From: Macrostomum lignano
Taxonomy: Eukaryota
Direction of reading: 5' to 3'
Length of the DNA stretch: 64,000 bases
Assembly: GCA_002269645.1 (NCBI GenBank)
Contig: NIVC01000381.1
Span: 1 to 64,000, forward strand
The notes beneath the pieces were generated by a model. That model did no database searches and was not told the origin of the DNA. It worked only from the letters and a program-made list of their open reading frames with translations. A program made the translations under genes and the position numbers. Of this stretch, positions 1 to 14,070 are shown one piece after another (the stretch's first letter is position 1; each line of letters begins with the position of its first letter).

Positions 1-720
1 CTAAAAAGTTCTTGCGATGATTGAGTCATTGATTGAGTTATATCTGGGTCATTCTCATTGATTGAGTCATATACTGGGTCATAATTCGACGTTGAGCTAC
101 GAGTATGTCTGGGCCATTGGGTCATTTGATTGAGCCGTATCTGGGTCTTTGATTGAGCTGAATTGGTCATTGGGTCATTGATTGAGCCGTATCTGGGTCA
201 TTGATTGAGCTATATCTGGGTCATTGGGTCATTGATTGAGCTGCATCTAGGTCATTGGGTCATTAATTGAGCCGTATCTGGGTCATTAATTGAGCCATAT
301 CTGGGTCATTGATTGAGCTATATCTGGGTCATTGAGTCATTGAATTGAGCTGCATCTAGGTCATTGGGTCATTAATTGAACTGTATCTGGGTCATTGATT
401 GAGCAGTATCTAGGTCATTGCGGTCATTAATTGAGCCGTATCTGGTCATTGATTGAGCTATATCTGGGTCAGTGGGTCATTGATTGAGATATATCTGGTC
501 AGTAGGTCATCGGTTCATTGGGTCATTGGGTCATGATTGGGCTTTAGCTGCGTCATTGGGTCATTGGTCATTGGGTCATTGATTGAGCTATATCTGGGTC
601 ATTGGGGTCATTGGGTCATTAGGTCATTGGGTCATTAGGTCATTGGGTCATTAGGTCATTGGGTCATTGATTGGGCTTTATCTGGATCATTGGGTCATTG
701 ATTGAGCTATATCTGGGTCA
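1..720. repeat. Degenerate tandem array of GGTCATT(G)-based 8/23/31-bp units
   Basis: Recurring gggtcattgattgagctatatct. Confidence 0.9.
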
Positions 721-807
721 ATGAGCCACCCAGCAGTCAATTTGCATGCAAATCATTAAGAAAAAATTCCAATGACCCTTCCAAACGACAATGAGCCGCC
801 AAGAACC

Positions 808-3800
808 TCATTGAATCATCCAAGCGCCTTGGACAGTAGCAGCTGTCCTACCACTGACAACCCAGATGGTGAACTGCTGCAGCACCTGAATAGCGGGGAC
901 ACCTGTTTGAATACTGATGATGCTGATGAGATGCTGCATGGCGGCCGCCGCAGACACGGCCTGGTGGTATGGAGGCGGCGGTGGAGGCGGCTGCTGGCTG
1001 CTCAAATACGGATGCTGTTGATGAAGAGCGTCAGTTTCGACCAGCTTGTTGTTGACCGACGCGGAAGTTGCAACAGCCTCCGCGTCGCTACCCGAAGTTG
1101 TTGTCGACGATTCGGCGACTGAAACCGACGCAGCCGCCGCTGCCGCCGCCGCCGCCGCTGCCGCCGCCATGGCCGCCGCGGTTGCGCTTGCGTAGCTGCC
1201 GAAACTGCCCGACGCCTGGCCGCCGCCGTCGCCGCCGCGCTGTCGACGTGGTCGGAGACGGCTGCAGAGGAGGCAATGGCTTCGCGAAGCAAGCTGCTGC
1301 TGACTGGGAACCGGCACTGGTTGTAGGCCGCGGCCTGCAGCTCCACAGACTTGTCGGCTTGTTGGCGTTTCACCTTGTAGCGCCGGTTTTGGAACCAAAT
1401 TTTCACCTGATGGGGAGGTCGGTGTGATGGTTGGGACGCCAGTTGAGACACCCTGGGTGAGTTGAGACACCCTGAGGGAGTTGAGACACCCTGGGGAGTT
1501 GAGGACACCCTGAGGGAGTTGAGGACACCCTGAGTGAGTTCAGGACACCCTGAGTGAGTTCAGGACACCCTGAGTGAGTTCAGGACACCCTGAGTGAGTT
1601 CAGGACACCTTGAGGGAGTTGAGACACCCTGAGGGAGTTAAGACACTCTGAGTGAGTTGAGACACCCTGAGTGAGTTAAGACACTCTGAGTGAGTTAAGA
1701 CACCCTGAGTGAGTTCAGGACACCCTGAGGGAGCTGAGGACACCCTGAGGGAGTTGAGGACACCCTGAGGGAGTTGAGACACCCTGAGTGAGTTAAGACA
1801 CCCTGAGTGAGTTCAGGACACCCTGAGTGAGTTCAGGACACCCTGAGTGAGTTCAGGATACCCTGAGTGAGTTCAGGACACCCTGAGTGAGTTCAGGACA
1901 CCCTGAGTGAGTTCAGGACACCCTGAGGGAGTTGAGACACCCTGAGGGAGTTAAGACACTCTGAGTGAGTTGAGACACCCTGAGTGAGTTAAGACACTCT
2001 GAGTGAGTTAAGACACCCTGAGTGAGTTCAGGACACCCTGAGGGAGCTGAGGACACCCTGAGGGAGTTGAGGACACCCTGAGGGAGTTGAGACACCCTGA
2101 GTGAGTTGAGACACCCTGAGTGAGTTAAGACACCCTGAGTGAGTTCAGGACACCCTGAGTGAGTTCAGGACACCCTGAGTGAGTTCAGGACACCCTGAGG
2201 GAGTTGGGACACCCTGAGTGAGTTAAGACACTCTGAGTGAGTTAAAACACCCTGAGGGAGTTGAGGACACCCTATAGGAGTTAAAACACCCTAAATGAGT
2301 TCAGACCACCTGAATGAGTTCAGACCACCTGAATGAGTTCAGACCTCACTAAATGAAATTAACAAACTGGATTTCTCTGTTTGCAATCAGTGCCCATAGT
2401 GGAACAGCAGTTCCCAGCTGACAGTCAGGAGAAGGAAAGCAAACACCAGGTCATTTCTCTCCCCATATTTCTGAGCTTCATCAAACTTTCTGATGGCTCC
2501 AGTCGGTCAGCGGGAGCCCAGAACAACCACTTGAGCGTTGAAAGATTTTCTTCTATCGCCTGCCGATGGAAATTCCAGCCCATATTCCAGCAAGAATGAT
2601 CATTCATTAGCTGCCGTGGGCCAGCACTGAAGTGCCCAACCCTTCAGGGCGAAAGTTTTCAAGAGGGAGGCGAAAGTTAAAGAAATTATTCAGATTTCTT
2701 AGTCTTGTCAATGTTTGTTCTGCCCAAATTGTCTTCTGGCAATTTTAACCAAACAAAAAATTGCTCTCCCATTCGACGGATTCAACAGGCGGTTTCTTAG
2801 AAAATTGCTTTGGTTGGAGTCGTTAATCCATCAATCAATCAGGTCAGTCAGTTGCAGTTTGGTCAGCCTAAAACTAATTTCATCAAATAATCACTTCAAG
2901 CTTTCAAGATCTTTGATTTTTGTTTTTGTCAGACCATAACCACTGACCCGCAATTTGCGGTTTCTAGGCGATTTCTTAGAGATTCGAGAGGTTAATTAAC
3001 CCAGCCCAATTGTCGCCGCAGTTATTGTAGTAGGTTTCAGATTATCAATCAATTTTCCTGAAGAAGCTGCCAGCCGCAAGTCAGTGGATAATTGCTATTA
3101 GATTCATCAGCCGTGCGCTGACGCTGGGCGGCAGGTGTGGTAGTCTGCGGAAGCTTCTAGTGGCACTGACCCAAGCTCTGTCTCCAGCTCTACCTTGGGA
3201 GAGAGGGAGGGAATGATAGAGTGAAAGGGGAAATGAAGGTAAGAAGGAAGGGAGGAGAGAGGAGGAAGGGAGGGAGAGAGGACGTGAGAGAGGAAGGGAG
3301 AGAGGAAGGGAGAGAGGAGAAGAAGAGATAGAGGAAGGGAGAGGAAGGGAGAGGAAGGGAGAGGAAGGGAGAGGAAGGGAGAGGAAGGGAGAGAGGAAGG
3401 GAGGGAAGGGAGAGAGGAAGGGAGGGGAAGGGAGAGAGGAAGGGAGGGGAAGGGAGAGAGGAAGGGAGGGGAAGGGAGAGAGGAAGGGAGGGGAAGGGAG
3501 AGAGGAAGGGAGGGAAGGGAGAGAGGAAGGGAGGGGAAGGGAGAGAGGAAGGGAGCAAGAGAATGGTGAGATTTGAAGAGCCAGAAGGAATGCAAAGAAA
3601 TAGTGAGCGTGAAGTAAATGATGAACAAAAAATGAGAGCAATTCTGGTAAATCAAGAAAGGACCGGAGGACTGCAATTGTAATAGAAGAGTCAGATTACT
3701 CCTAAAGCTACAGTGTCCAATTAGGCAAATCTTGAACTTCATCCTGAAAAGCATTATTTATTGTTTCAGTAAGTATATTTCGAGTCTGCAACGACCCGCG

Positions 3801-6800
3801 CGATGATGTAACCAGATAGACACCTAAGACCCAGCATGCGGTTCTTTATAATCTCTAACAAGTGGCCTTTTGATGGAAGCCCGCAGGCGGGACGGGGTTT
3901 CAGCCATAGACAGTGTGTAGAACACCGGATTGCGCAATTCTGACATTCGCGCAAAGACAATGCCAGGCTATTAAGCCGCAAGCTTTAACAGCTTAATGTG
4001 GTTCTAACAAGTGACCCCAAAGACATGCAGAGCCAGTTATGTGCCGTGTGATGCAATCGATTCGTGGCTTTGGCTGCGACACTGATAACTGGCAGGCCCA
4101 AGCTGCCAGCATGCTCATAACTGTATGAATCGTCTTTATGGCCTTTGTAGGCACGGCTTCTACTGCGCATGTGATGCTGGGCTTGCTTACGGCTTTCTTT
4201 TCACTTTTCTTTTACCCCTCTGTCATCCTCTCTCCCAGCAGCTCTCACTGTCTCTTCTGTCTCATTCTCCCCCTCTCTCCCAGCAGCTCTCACTGTCTCT
4301 TCTGTCTCATTCTCTCTCACAGCAGCTCTCACTGTCTCTTCTGTCTCATTCTCTCTCACAGCAGCTCTCACTGTCTCTTCTGTCTCATTCCCCCCCTCTC
4401 TCACCCTCTATCCCCTCTCACTCTCTCACCCTCTATCACCCTCTCTCCCTCTCTCACCCTCCATCACCCTCTCTCACCCTCTCTCACCCTCTCTCACCCT
4501 CTCTCACTCTCTCTCACCCTCTCTCACTCTCTCTTACCCTCTCTCACTCTCTCTCACCCTCTCCCACCCCACTTTCCCACGTTCTTCTTCACTCACAATT
4601 GATCAGAACAAAATTCCAAATAAAAATCAGAAACCCTACTAAAAGAAACAGGGTCGCAGTAAAACACTTCCAGGAAAGTAATATTTTTATCAAACAGATA
4701 ACAAGGCTAAATCAAAAAGCCAAACTCCCTCCACCCTACCGGGTAACCCGGTCCCAAACTCGCGTGGCTCCATCTGTGGTCATATATCTATCAAAAAGGC
4801 GGCATATATACTGTATGGCTGATATCATTTACTATCTTGTTTAGTTGATTTTAGACACAGTACGCCTAGGCCTCTATAGAGTAAATCTAAACAAAACTCC
4901 CCCAACCCCCCGAAATTCGTAATGAAAACAAAATGCATTCTGCCTGCTACAAGCCAGAGGGAGTCTTTTTGTTTGAAGTTATTTTATTGCTTGGGGTTGG
5001 GTAGATCAGGCGGTATGATTGACCCGGACTGAGCTAAATAGGTCAAGAACCCAGCGTACAGGCTACAGGTAGACAATTGGCTTGTTATTGTCTGCTTAAT
5101 TATATGTCCCTGATCAGTGCTGCATCTAACTCCCCTCTATCCCCCTCTCTTGCCTCTTTCTCTTATCCTATTTTTTCTCCCTCTTCTCTCCTATCTACTT
5201 TTCTTATCTCTCTCATCTAAATCTCTCATCTACCTCTCTCATCTAAATCTCTCATCTACCTCTCTCATCTACCTCTCTCATCTACCTCTCCTATCTACCT
5301 CTTTCATCTACTTCTCTCATCTACTTCTCTCATCTACCTCTCTTATCTACCTCTCTCATCTACACTTCTCTCATCTACCTCTCTTATCTACTTCTCTCAT
5401 CTACCTCTCTTATCTACCTCTCTCATCTAACTCTCTCATCTACCTCTCCTATCTACCTCTCTCATCTACTTCTCTCATCTACCTCTCTTATCTCCCTCTC
5501 TTATCTCCCTCTCTTATCTCCCTCTCGATCTTATCTCCTCTCTTATCTCCTTATCTCCCTCTCTTATCTCTCGATCTCATCTCCTCTCTCCCCCCATCCA
5601 CTAGCGTAAAAACTCTCTCACCAGCCGGCTATCCAGCGCTTTCATGGCCAGTTTTTTTTTCAATTTTTTCAAACCTTGATTTATCAGCTGAATTCTATCA
5701 AATCTCGAATCAAAATCCAAAAATCCATGCCTGCCTGAGGCAATTTTCTCAACTCAACTTCTCAATCTGATTTCAATGCAAACCCGTGTCTAATCAGCAT
5801 TGCATATCTTTCAATTCATATGCACAAATTATTTACTTTAACAACCTTCATCCATATCTGAGCTATCAGTTGATGCGTTAGTGTGGAGCATAGGACAATA
5901 AAAAAACAACTGATAAGTTCCTACAGTTTATGAAGCCCATAGCAACTGCGATTTGAAAACCGCCTTTTTTCTCATCATGAAAAGTGGCTCGCTACTCCGA
6001 TACTCAAATATAGCCAGCTTTTTTTCAACGATAAAATCGCCTCAGGGGATCGGGGGGCTACAGGTTGAATCTTCATCAAATTCACAGCTGTTTTATGCGT
6101 TCAATGCTTATTGAACAAAAATATGCCCAAACTAAATCAGAATTTTTTGTAGCACACTTCTCTAGCACACCCTCTAGCACCCCCTCTAGCACCCCCTCTA
6201 GCACACCCTCTAGCACCCCCTCTAGCACACCCTCTAACACACCCTCTAGAACTCCCTCTAGCACACCCTCTAGCACACCCTCTAGCACCCCCTCTAGCAG
6301 CCCTCTAGCACACCCTCTAGCACCCCCTCTAGCAGCCCTCTAGCACACACTCTAGCACCCCCTCTAGCACCCCCTCTAGCACCCCCTCTAGCACCCCCTC
6401 TAGCACACCCTCTAACACACCCTCTAGCACACCCTCTAGCACACCCTCTAGCACCCCCTCTAGCACCCCCTCTAGCAGCCCTCTAGCACACCCTCTAGCA
6501 CACCCTCTAGCACCCCTCTAGCAGCCCTCTAGCACACACTCTGGCACACCCTCTAGCACACCCTCTAGCACACCCTCTAGCACACACTCTAGCACACCCT
6601 CTAGCAGCCCTCTAGCACCCCTCTAGCACACCCTCTAGCACCCCCTCTAGCACACCCTCTAACACACCCTCTAGAACTCCCTCTAGCACACCCTCTAGCA
6701 CACCCTCTAGCACCCCCTCTAGCAGCCCTCTAGCACACCCTCTAGCACACCCTCTAGCACACCCTCTAGCACCCCTCTAGCAGCCCTCTAGCACACACTC

Positions 6801-8854
6801 TGGCACACCCTCTAGCACACCTTCTAGCACGCCCTCTAGCACGCCCTCTAGCACCCTCACCTGCTGAGCGGACATCTTGAGCAGCGCAGCCAGCTGCTCC
6901 CTCTCCGGTGCGCTCAGATATCTCTGATGCCGAAACCGCCGCTCGAGTTCGAACACCTGCGCCTGGGAGAACAAAATTCTCGGCTTCCGTTTCGATTTTT
7001 GAGCTCGAAGTACCACGCCGCTCCCCAGATTAGCGCTGGTGTCCTTGGCAACCGGGGACTCGGCCCGAATTCCAGCTCCCGGTCTTCGGTCTTCCGGTTG
7101 ATGCAGCTGCTGCTGATGGCGCGGCAGACGCTGTCTCCGGATGATACCTCAGCGGACGTGTCGGCGGCGGCTGCTGCAACTTCGCCGACTTTTCTTCTAG
7201 AGGAAGAAGTTGGCAGCCCGACCTGATCGAGAGGGCTGGAGTGATGATGACGGTGCTGATGAAGTTGAAGATGCTGCTGCTGATGATGAGTCTGGTAGAT
7301 CATCGGATAATTTTGAGAATCAATCGATTGAAGCTGGCTCAGGTGCTCATGCTGCTGCTGCTGCTGCTGCTGCTGAACCACTGGCAACGGCGGATATGGA
7401 GACTCTGTAAAGTATGGATCCAGATTTTAACTTTCACTCTTTTGTCTCGAGTGTTTGCAGTGGCTTGGATTCCAATTTATGATTCAACCTGGGAATTTCT
7501 AATCCCAGGTGTCATTTCTCATTTCAGGTGTCATTTCTCATTCCAAGTGTCATTTATAATCCCAGGCGTCATTTATAATCCCAGGTGTTATTTATAATCC
7601 CAGGTGTCATTAATAATCCCAGGTGTCATTTATAATCTCAGGTGTCATTTATAATCTCAGGTGTCATTTATAATCTCAGGTGTCATTTATAATCCCAGGT
7701 GTCATTTATAATCCCAGGTGTCACTTATAATCCCAGGTGTCATTTATAATCCCAGGTGTTATTTATAATCCCAGGTGTCATTTATAATCCCAGGTGTCAT
7801 TTATAATCCCAGGTGTCATTTATAATCCCAGGTGTCATTAATAATCCCAGGTGTCATTTATAATCCCAGGTGTTATTTATAATCCCAGGTGTCACTTATA
7901 ATCCCAGGTGTCATTTATAATCCCAGGTGTCATTTATAATCCCAGGTGTCATTTATAATCCCAGGTGTCATTTATAATCCCAGGTGTCATTTCTCATTCC
8001 AAGTGTCATTTTTATCCCAGGGGTCATTTTTAATCCCAGGGGTCATTTTTAATCCCATGGGTCATTTTTAATTCCAGGGGTCATTTTTAATCTCAGGTGT
8101 AATTTTTAATACCAGGTGCCATTTACAATCCCAGGTGTCATTTCTCAAGGTGTCATTTCTAATCCCAGCAGGTGTCATTTCTAATCCCAGCAGGTGTCAT
8201 TTCTAATCCCAGCAGGTGTCATCTCTAATCCCAGCAGGTGTCATTTCTAATCCCAGCAGGTGTCATTTCTAATCCCAGCAGGTGTCATTTCTAATCCCAG
8301 CAGGTGTCATCTCTAATCCCAGCAGGTGTCATTTCTAATCCCAGCAGGTGTCATTTCTAATCCCAGCAGGTGTCATTTCTAATCCCAGCAGGTGTCATCT
8401 CTAATCCCAGCAGGTGTCATTTCTAATCCCAGCAGGTGTCATTTCTAATCCCAGCAGGTGTCAGATCTAATCCTAGCAGGTTTCAGACCAAGCAAAACTC
8501 GCACTCACCGTCATGAACAGAGGCAGTCTCGGGCCCGGCAGTCATTGACAAGTCCTGGATCGCGAGGGACTCGGTGGCCGAGGCTGTGGCAGCTGCGGCG
8601 ACTGCTGCTGCTCCATAGTATGAATACCACGGATGCTGCCGCTGTTGATGATGAGGCTGCTGATGCTGCTGCTGGTAGCCGTATCCATAGCAACCGTTGC
8701 CAGGATAGCTATCAGCTTTAAACAACTGATGATAAGGCTGGTAGAGTTTGTAGGCGTCAACATTGACATCTGCGCTGCATGAGATGTCGGTATTATATGC
8801 CGGCGGCCGGTTATAATAGCAATATTGCGGATCAGCTGATGCCAGACTCTCCAT
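808..8854 (-). CDS. NK4: NK4/tinman (Nkx2-3/2-5/2-6)-class homeobox gene, 3 exons: 8854-8509, 7404-6861, 1406-~848/808; apparent frameshifts in exons 2 and 3
   Basis: The homeodomain [44 protein letters not shown]|[15 protein letters not shown] is split by a phase-0 GT-AG intron (6860-1407) before helix-3 VKIWFQN. KPR at the N-terminus plus Tyr54 in QNRRYK matches NK4 rather than NK2.1/2.2 (KRR...QNHRYK). Intron 1 (GTGAGT at 8508, TTTACAG ending 7405) is phase 1 on both sides. Exon 2 starts in one frame and the homeobox is in another; the exon 3 tail also changes frame. Confidence 0.85.
1442..2345. repeat. 20-21-bp minisatellite (GACACCCTGAGTGAGTTCAG) at the 3' end of NK4 intron 2
   Basis: Directly visible tandem units. 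Confidence 0.95.
3196..3555. repeat. Purine-rich (GAGAGGAAGGGA)n low-complexity array
   Basis: Directly visible. Confidence 0.9.
4210..5590. repeat. Two pyrimidine-rich arrays (4210-4565, CTCTCACC-type; 5190-5590, CTCTCTCATCTAC-type)
   Basis: Directly visible. Confidence 0.85.
6160..6857. repeat. 12-bp minisatellite (CACACCCTCTAG)n abutting the NK4 intron 2 donor
   Basis: Directly visible. Confidence 0.95.
7497..8482. repeat. 19-bp (ATAATCCCAGGTGTCATTT) array grading into a 22-bp (CTAATCCCAGCAGGTGTCATTT) array; fills NK4 intron 1
   Basis: Directly visible. Confidence 0.95.
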
Positions 8855-9603
8855 CGCCCTTATCTATACGGATAGATAGTTGTATTATGATAATATTAAG
8901 TCCTTATACTATTTCTATGCAAGCTTAGCTTATAGAAGTTAAGTGTGCTAAAGGGTCTATTTTTGTTATAATAGGCTATCTAGGTCGCTCCACTACCAAT
9001 ATATTCGAGAGACTTTGAAGGGGGCACTCTAAGATCTGAAGAGGTTCAGGCCTTGGCTCGAGAATGGGGAATAGACAAGTGGCTAAAGAGAGACTGGGGG
9101 AAGCCACAGGGTTATATAAATCCCGCTTTGAGTGGCTTTGGGATTCTATCTTAACAAAGGACAAATATAAAGCAGATCAATCTGTGTTGAATTTGCCAAT
9201 CAAATTGAGTTGGAAGTGATGAGGGGCAAATTTTTAGCAAGCTGTTGGTTGTGTTCCGGAAACTAAGGTCTGTCGCTTGGGCTTTCAAAGTTTTTATATA
9301 TCGAAGCTAAGCTTGGGAGTCTGGAACTGGATGGCGGAGAGCAGGTATAGATCGCTAAAAGTCGATATACCTCTGGAACAGGAATTAAGGTAAACAATTG
9401 CTAATTCGGTTGAGGGCGCGATGGTGAAGGCGGGGCGGAGAGGCTGGAGTGGATGGCCGGGGGAGCGGGCGGCGGGAGGGCGGCGGCCAGAAATCCCCAC
9501 GGATTCAGTCATTGGCCAGCGGCCTGACTACCGCTGTTCGAGCTCGCTGCTGAGTGGGGGATTGCTTCGAACTGGGGTGTGTTGCTGCGATTTCTCTGAC
9601 ATG

Positions 9604-10160
<557 letters not shown>

Positions 10161-10711
10161 TGTGTGTCTTTCTGTTTGTGTGTCTATGTTGTCTTGGTGT
10201 CTCTCTCTAGTCGTAAACTGTAAACTTACCTAAATAAACCTTCCCATATGTTATGTCTGTTTAGTACACAGTAAAATATTTTTATAGAAACGCCACAGAA
10301 ATCATTCAGAGTCGAATCGCTACTAAAAAGTGTCTCTTAGCTAAAAATACTTGTGTTCGAAATGAAGTGGCCATGACATTTTCTTTCTTTTAAGCGACTT
10401 TACGTCCTCGCTTGAAAGTAAAATAAATCAGAAATTTCTATTCTCGAAAAGACCCATGCAGTGTGCAGTGTACGGCATTGTAGGAAGTCATTCATTTATA
10501 ATAACAAACTTGAAATTCAATACATTTGTTTAATCACCGGCATTCACTTTATTCATGCTGCAAACCACTTGAACCTGATTTTTTGTGATTTGGACTCCTA
10601 AAGTCAAGTGGACCAGCGTCTCCACTGCTACAGACTGCATGTTTTGCTGGCTATTGCAGATGAGTTCTTTGTAGGATGAATTGTTTACAGAAAATGCCAC
10701 CCCTTCCCTCC

Positions 10712-11330
10712 CTGATTGTTCAGTGTGGGTGAGTGTCAGATCCAACCCTCCCTGTTTGTTCTGTTCAGTGTGGGTGAGTGTCAGATCCAACCCCCCCCCC
10801 CCTGATGGTTCAGTGTGGGTGAGTGTCAGATCCAACCCCCCCCCCTGATGGTTCAGTGTGGTTGAGTGTCAGATCCAACCCCCCTGATGGTTCAGTGTGG
10901 TTGAGTGTCAGATCCAACCCCCCCCCCCCTGATGGTTCAGTGTGGTTGAGTGTCAGATCCAACCCCCCCTGATGGTTCAGTGTGGTTGAGTGTCAGATCC
11001 AACCCCCCCTGATGGTTCAGTGTGGTTGAGTGTCAGATCCAACCCCCCCTGATGGTACAGTGTGGTTGAGTGTCAGATCCAACCCTCCCTGATGGTTCAG
11101 TGTGGTTGAGTGTCAGATCCAACCCCCCCTGATGGTTCAGTGTGGTTGAGTGTCAGATCCAACCCCCCCTGATGGTTCAGTGTGGTTGAGTGTCAGATCC
11201 AACCCCCCCCCCTGATGGTTCAGTGTGGTTGAGTGTCAGATCCAACCCTCCCTGATTGTTCAGTGTGGGTGAGTGTCAGAACCAACCCTCCCTGATTGTT
11301 CAGAGTGGGTGTCAGAACTAACCTACCCTG
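10712..11330. repeat. ~40-bp minisatellite CAGTGTGGTTGAGTGTCAGATCCAACC(C)nTGATGGTT
   Basis: About 15 units with a variable C-run. Confidence 0.95.
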
Positions 11331-11969
11331 ACTCTTCAGTTCAAATTCCGTTTCAGAATATTTTGAAAGCAAATTTCTGACGAAATGGACATGGTTTTAT
11401 TTCTTTCAAACAGGTGGCTGTCGCGTAACGTAAATGAAAGCTTGGAAAACTAATTGACATGTCTCTCCTTTCTGTCCCTTTCTGGTACCTGCGGAAATAT
11501 CAGACTGATTGATTTGATCGTTTCAAACTCATGCCGGGTCTTTGAATGGATCGAACGACACAACCTTTATCATAAGCTGGGATGCCTGCCGTCTCTGAAA
11601 TCCCAGCACAGTCTGGATACACTATCTGGACCTAATTGATCCATGTTATTGCATAATCTATGCGAAGCTTTTTTATACTAAGCTATCTGCTAAGGAATGC
11701 CAACCTTTGTTCAAAGGCGCATGTATAAATATTAAGATAAGTATAAAAATGCGGAGAAATAGCATAAACGGTTTTTCAAACGTAAACTTCGGCCCGCATT
11801 TAGGCGAGTGAAATGCCTCACTGACTGAGGCCAGCGGTCTGTAGATAATAACAAAAATGTTTTCCTGGGAAGAATGATGCATTTATGCAATGGCTGCTTG
11901 CAGTCATTTACAGGATTTAGTTAATCCGTCAGTCGGATTCATAGTCCATGCATTCTAAATATCTACAGT

Positions 11970-12329
<360 letters not shown>

Positions 12330-13159
12330 TTATCCTAATCCTATTGAGGATTAGAAAAAGACGCAAATAAAAGTCTTGGTCAGTGGTTCATAAAAGATTA
12401 CAACAGGTGGTCAGTCTATTTGAGCCCTTCAAGGCCGCAGGAAAATACAATTGTTTATAAAACGTCAGTTCATGCTAAGCGATCGAAGTTACTTCACGTA
12501 TTTTGAAGCAACTGTTCCACGCGATGCAGTGTCCTGCCTTCCATCGTGTCCCATATAAAACATCTAGGTATAAAAGAGGATGGAATTCTGTCATTTTTTA
12601 CCGCAACGGATATCTTGTAGGATAACTATAGGAATATATTTTCCGATGGGGTATTGCATGGGATCTAGTCTGACATGAATTCAGTACTGGCATATGGCCT
12701 GTCCTGCGCACTACTAAGTGGCTTAGAGGCAACGGTCATTTTTATCTAGTTCCGACAGGGAAACATTCAAGTCTTTGTTTGCTGCGACCGCGGCTGAACA
12801 ATGAACAAAAAAGAAGTCAGAAAAAAACTGCAAAAATAGTGAGATTTCGCATTTTTGGCAGATTAAAAAATCTTGGAGGTATTTAGTCGATTTATAATCA
12901 ACTATATAAACTGGTAGATATCTACTGTATATGAGACATACTGTAGTTATATTGCATCATAAATAGTTGCAGGATTTCAGAATTAACCGTGTGATCAAGC
13001 CTCTGCATAGCTGCATGGGTCAAGTGGTCTGCACCGTGTACCCACGGTGGTGCAGAAATCCCTCCGTCTTTAACAATTACAGACAGATGGGGGTGTCTGA
13101 TGGATGATGAAGGTGAATTGCTGGGAGACAAATAAGGAGTAAGGCGGAGATGAAGACCG

Positions 13160-14070
13160 AGATAGAGGGAGACTGAGGGGAGAGGGAGACTGAGGGGAAG
13201 AGGGAGACTGAGGGGAAGAGGGAGACTGAGGGGAAGAGGGAGACTGAGAAGAGGGAGACTGAGGGGAAGAGGGAGACTGAGGGGAAGAGGGAGACTGAGG
13301 GGAAGAGGGAGACTGAGGGGAAGAGGGAGACTGAGGGGAAGAGGGAGACTGAGGGGAAGAGGGAGACTGAGGGGAAGAGGGAGAATGAGAAGAGGGAGAC
13401 TGAGGGAAGAGGGAGACTGAGGGGAAGAGGGAGACTGAGGGGAAGAGGGAGACTGAGAAGAGGGAGACTGAGGGGAAGAGGGAGACTGAGGAGAGAGGGA
13501 GACTGAGGGGAAGAGGGAGACTGAGGGGAAGAGGGAGACTGAGGGGAAGAGGGAGACTGAGAAGAGGGAGACTGAGGGGAAGAGGGAGACTGAGGGGAAG
13601 AGGGAGACTGAGGAGAGAGGGAGACTGCAGGGGAAGAGGGAGACTGAGGGGAAGAGGGAGACTGAGGGGAAGAGGGAGACTGAGGAGAGAGGGAGACTGC
13701 AGGGGAAGAGGGAGACTGAGGGGAAGGGGGAGACTGAGGGGAAGAGGGAGACTGAGGGGAAGAGGGAGACTGAGGAGAGAGGGAGACTGAGGGGAAGAGG
13801 GAGACTGAGAAGAGGGAGACTGAGGGGAAGAGGGAGACTGAGGGGAAGAGGGAGACTGAGGAGAGAGGGAGACTGAGGGGAAGAGGGAGACTGAGAAGAG
13901 GGAGACTGAGGGGAAGAGGGAGACTGAGGGGAAGAGGGAGACTGAGGGGAAAAGGGGACTGAGGGGAATTGGGAGACTGAGGGGAAGAGGGAGATTGAGG
14001 GGAAGAGGGAGACTGAGGGGAAAAGGGGACTGAGGGGAATTGGGAGACTGAAGGGAAGAGGGAGACTGAG
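13160..14070. repeat. 18-bp purine-rich minisatellite (GAGGGAGACTGAGGGGAA)n
   Basis: Directly visible. Confidence 0.95.

Noticed and set aside
2381-2607. GC-balanced, coding-looking patches in NK4 intron 2 and intergenic DNA (also 3766-4170, 10530-10700, 14203-14424, 62790-63020)
   Set aside because: No identifiable domain and no consistent splice chain; possibly decayed TE fragments.
8509-8854. No obvious TN/eh1 (FSVxDIL) motif in NK4 exon 1
   Set aside because: I cannot exclude an additional upstream exon or simple divergence, so it is not claimed as a loss.
10712-11330. Regularly spaced repeats that might suggest a CRISPR array (also 20570-20925 and 46178-46990)
   Set aside because: There are no unique spacers, the units are contiguous tandem copies, no cas genes are present, and the context is eukaryotic.
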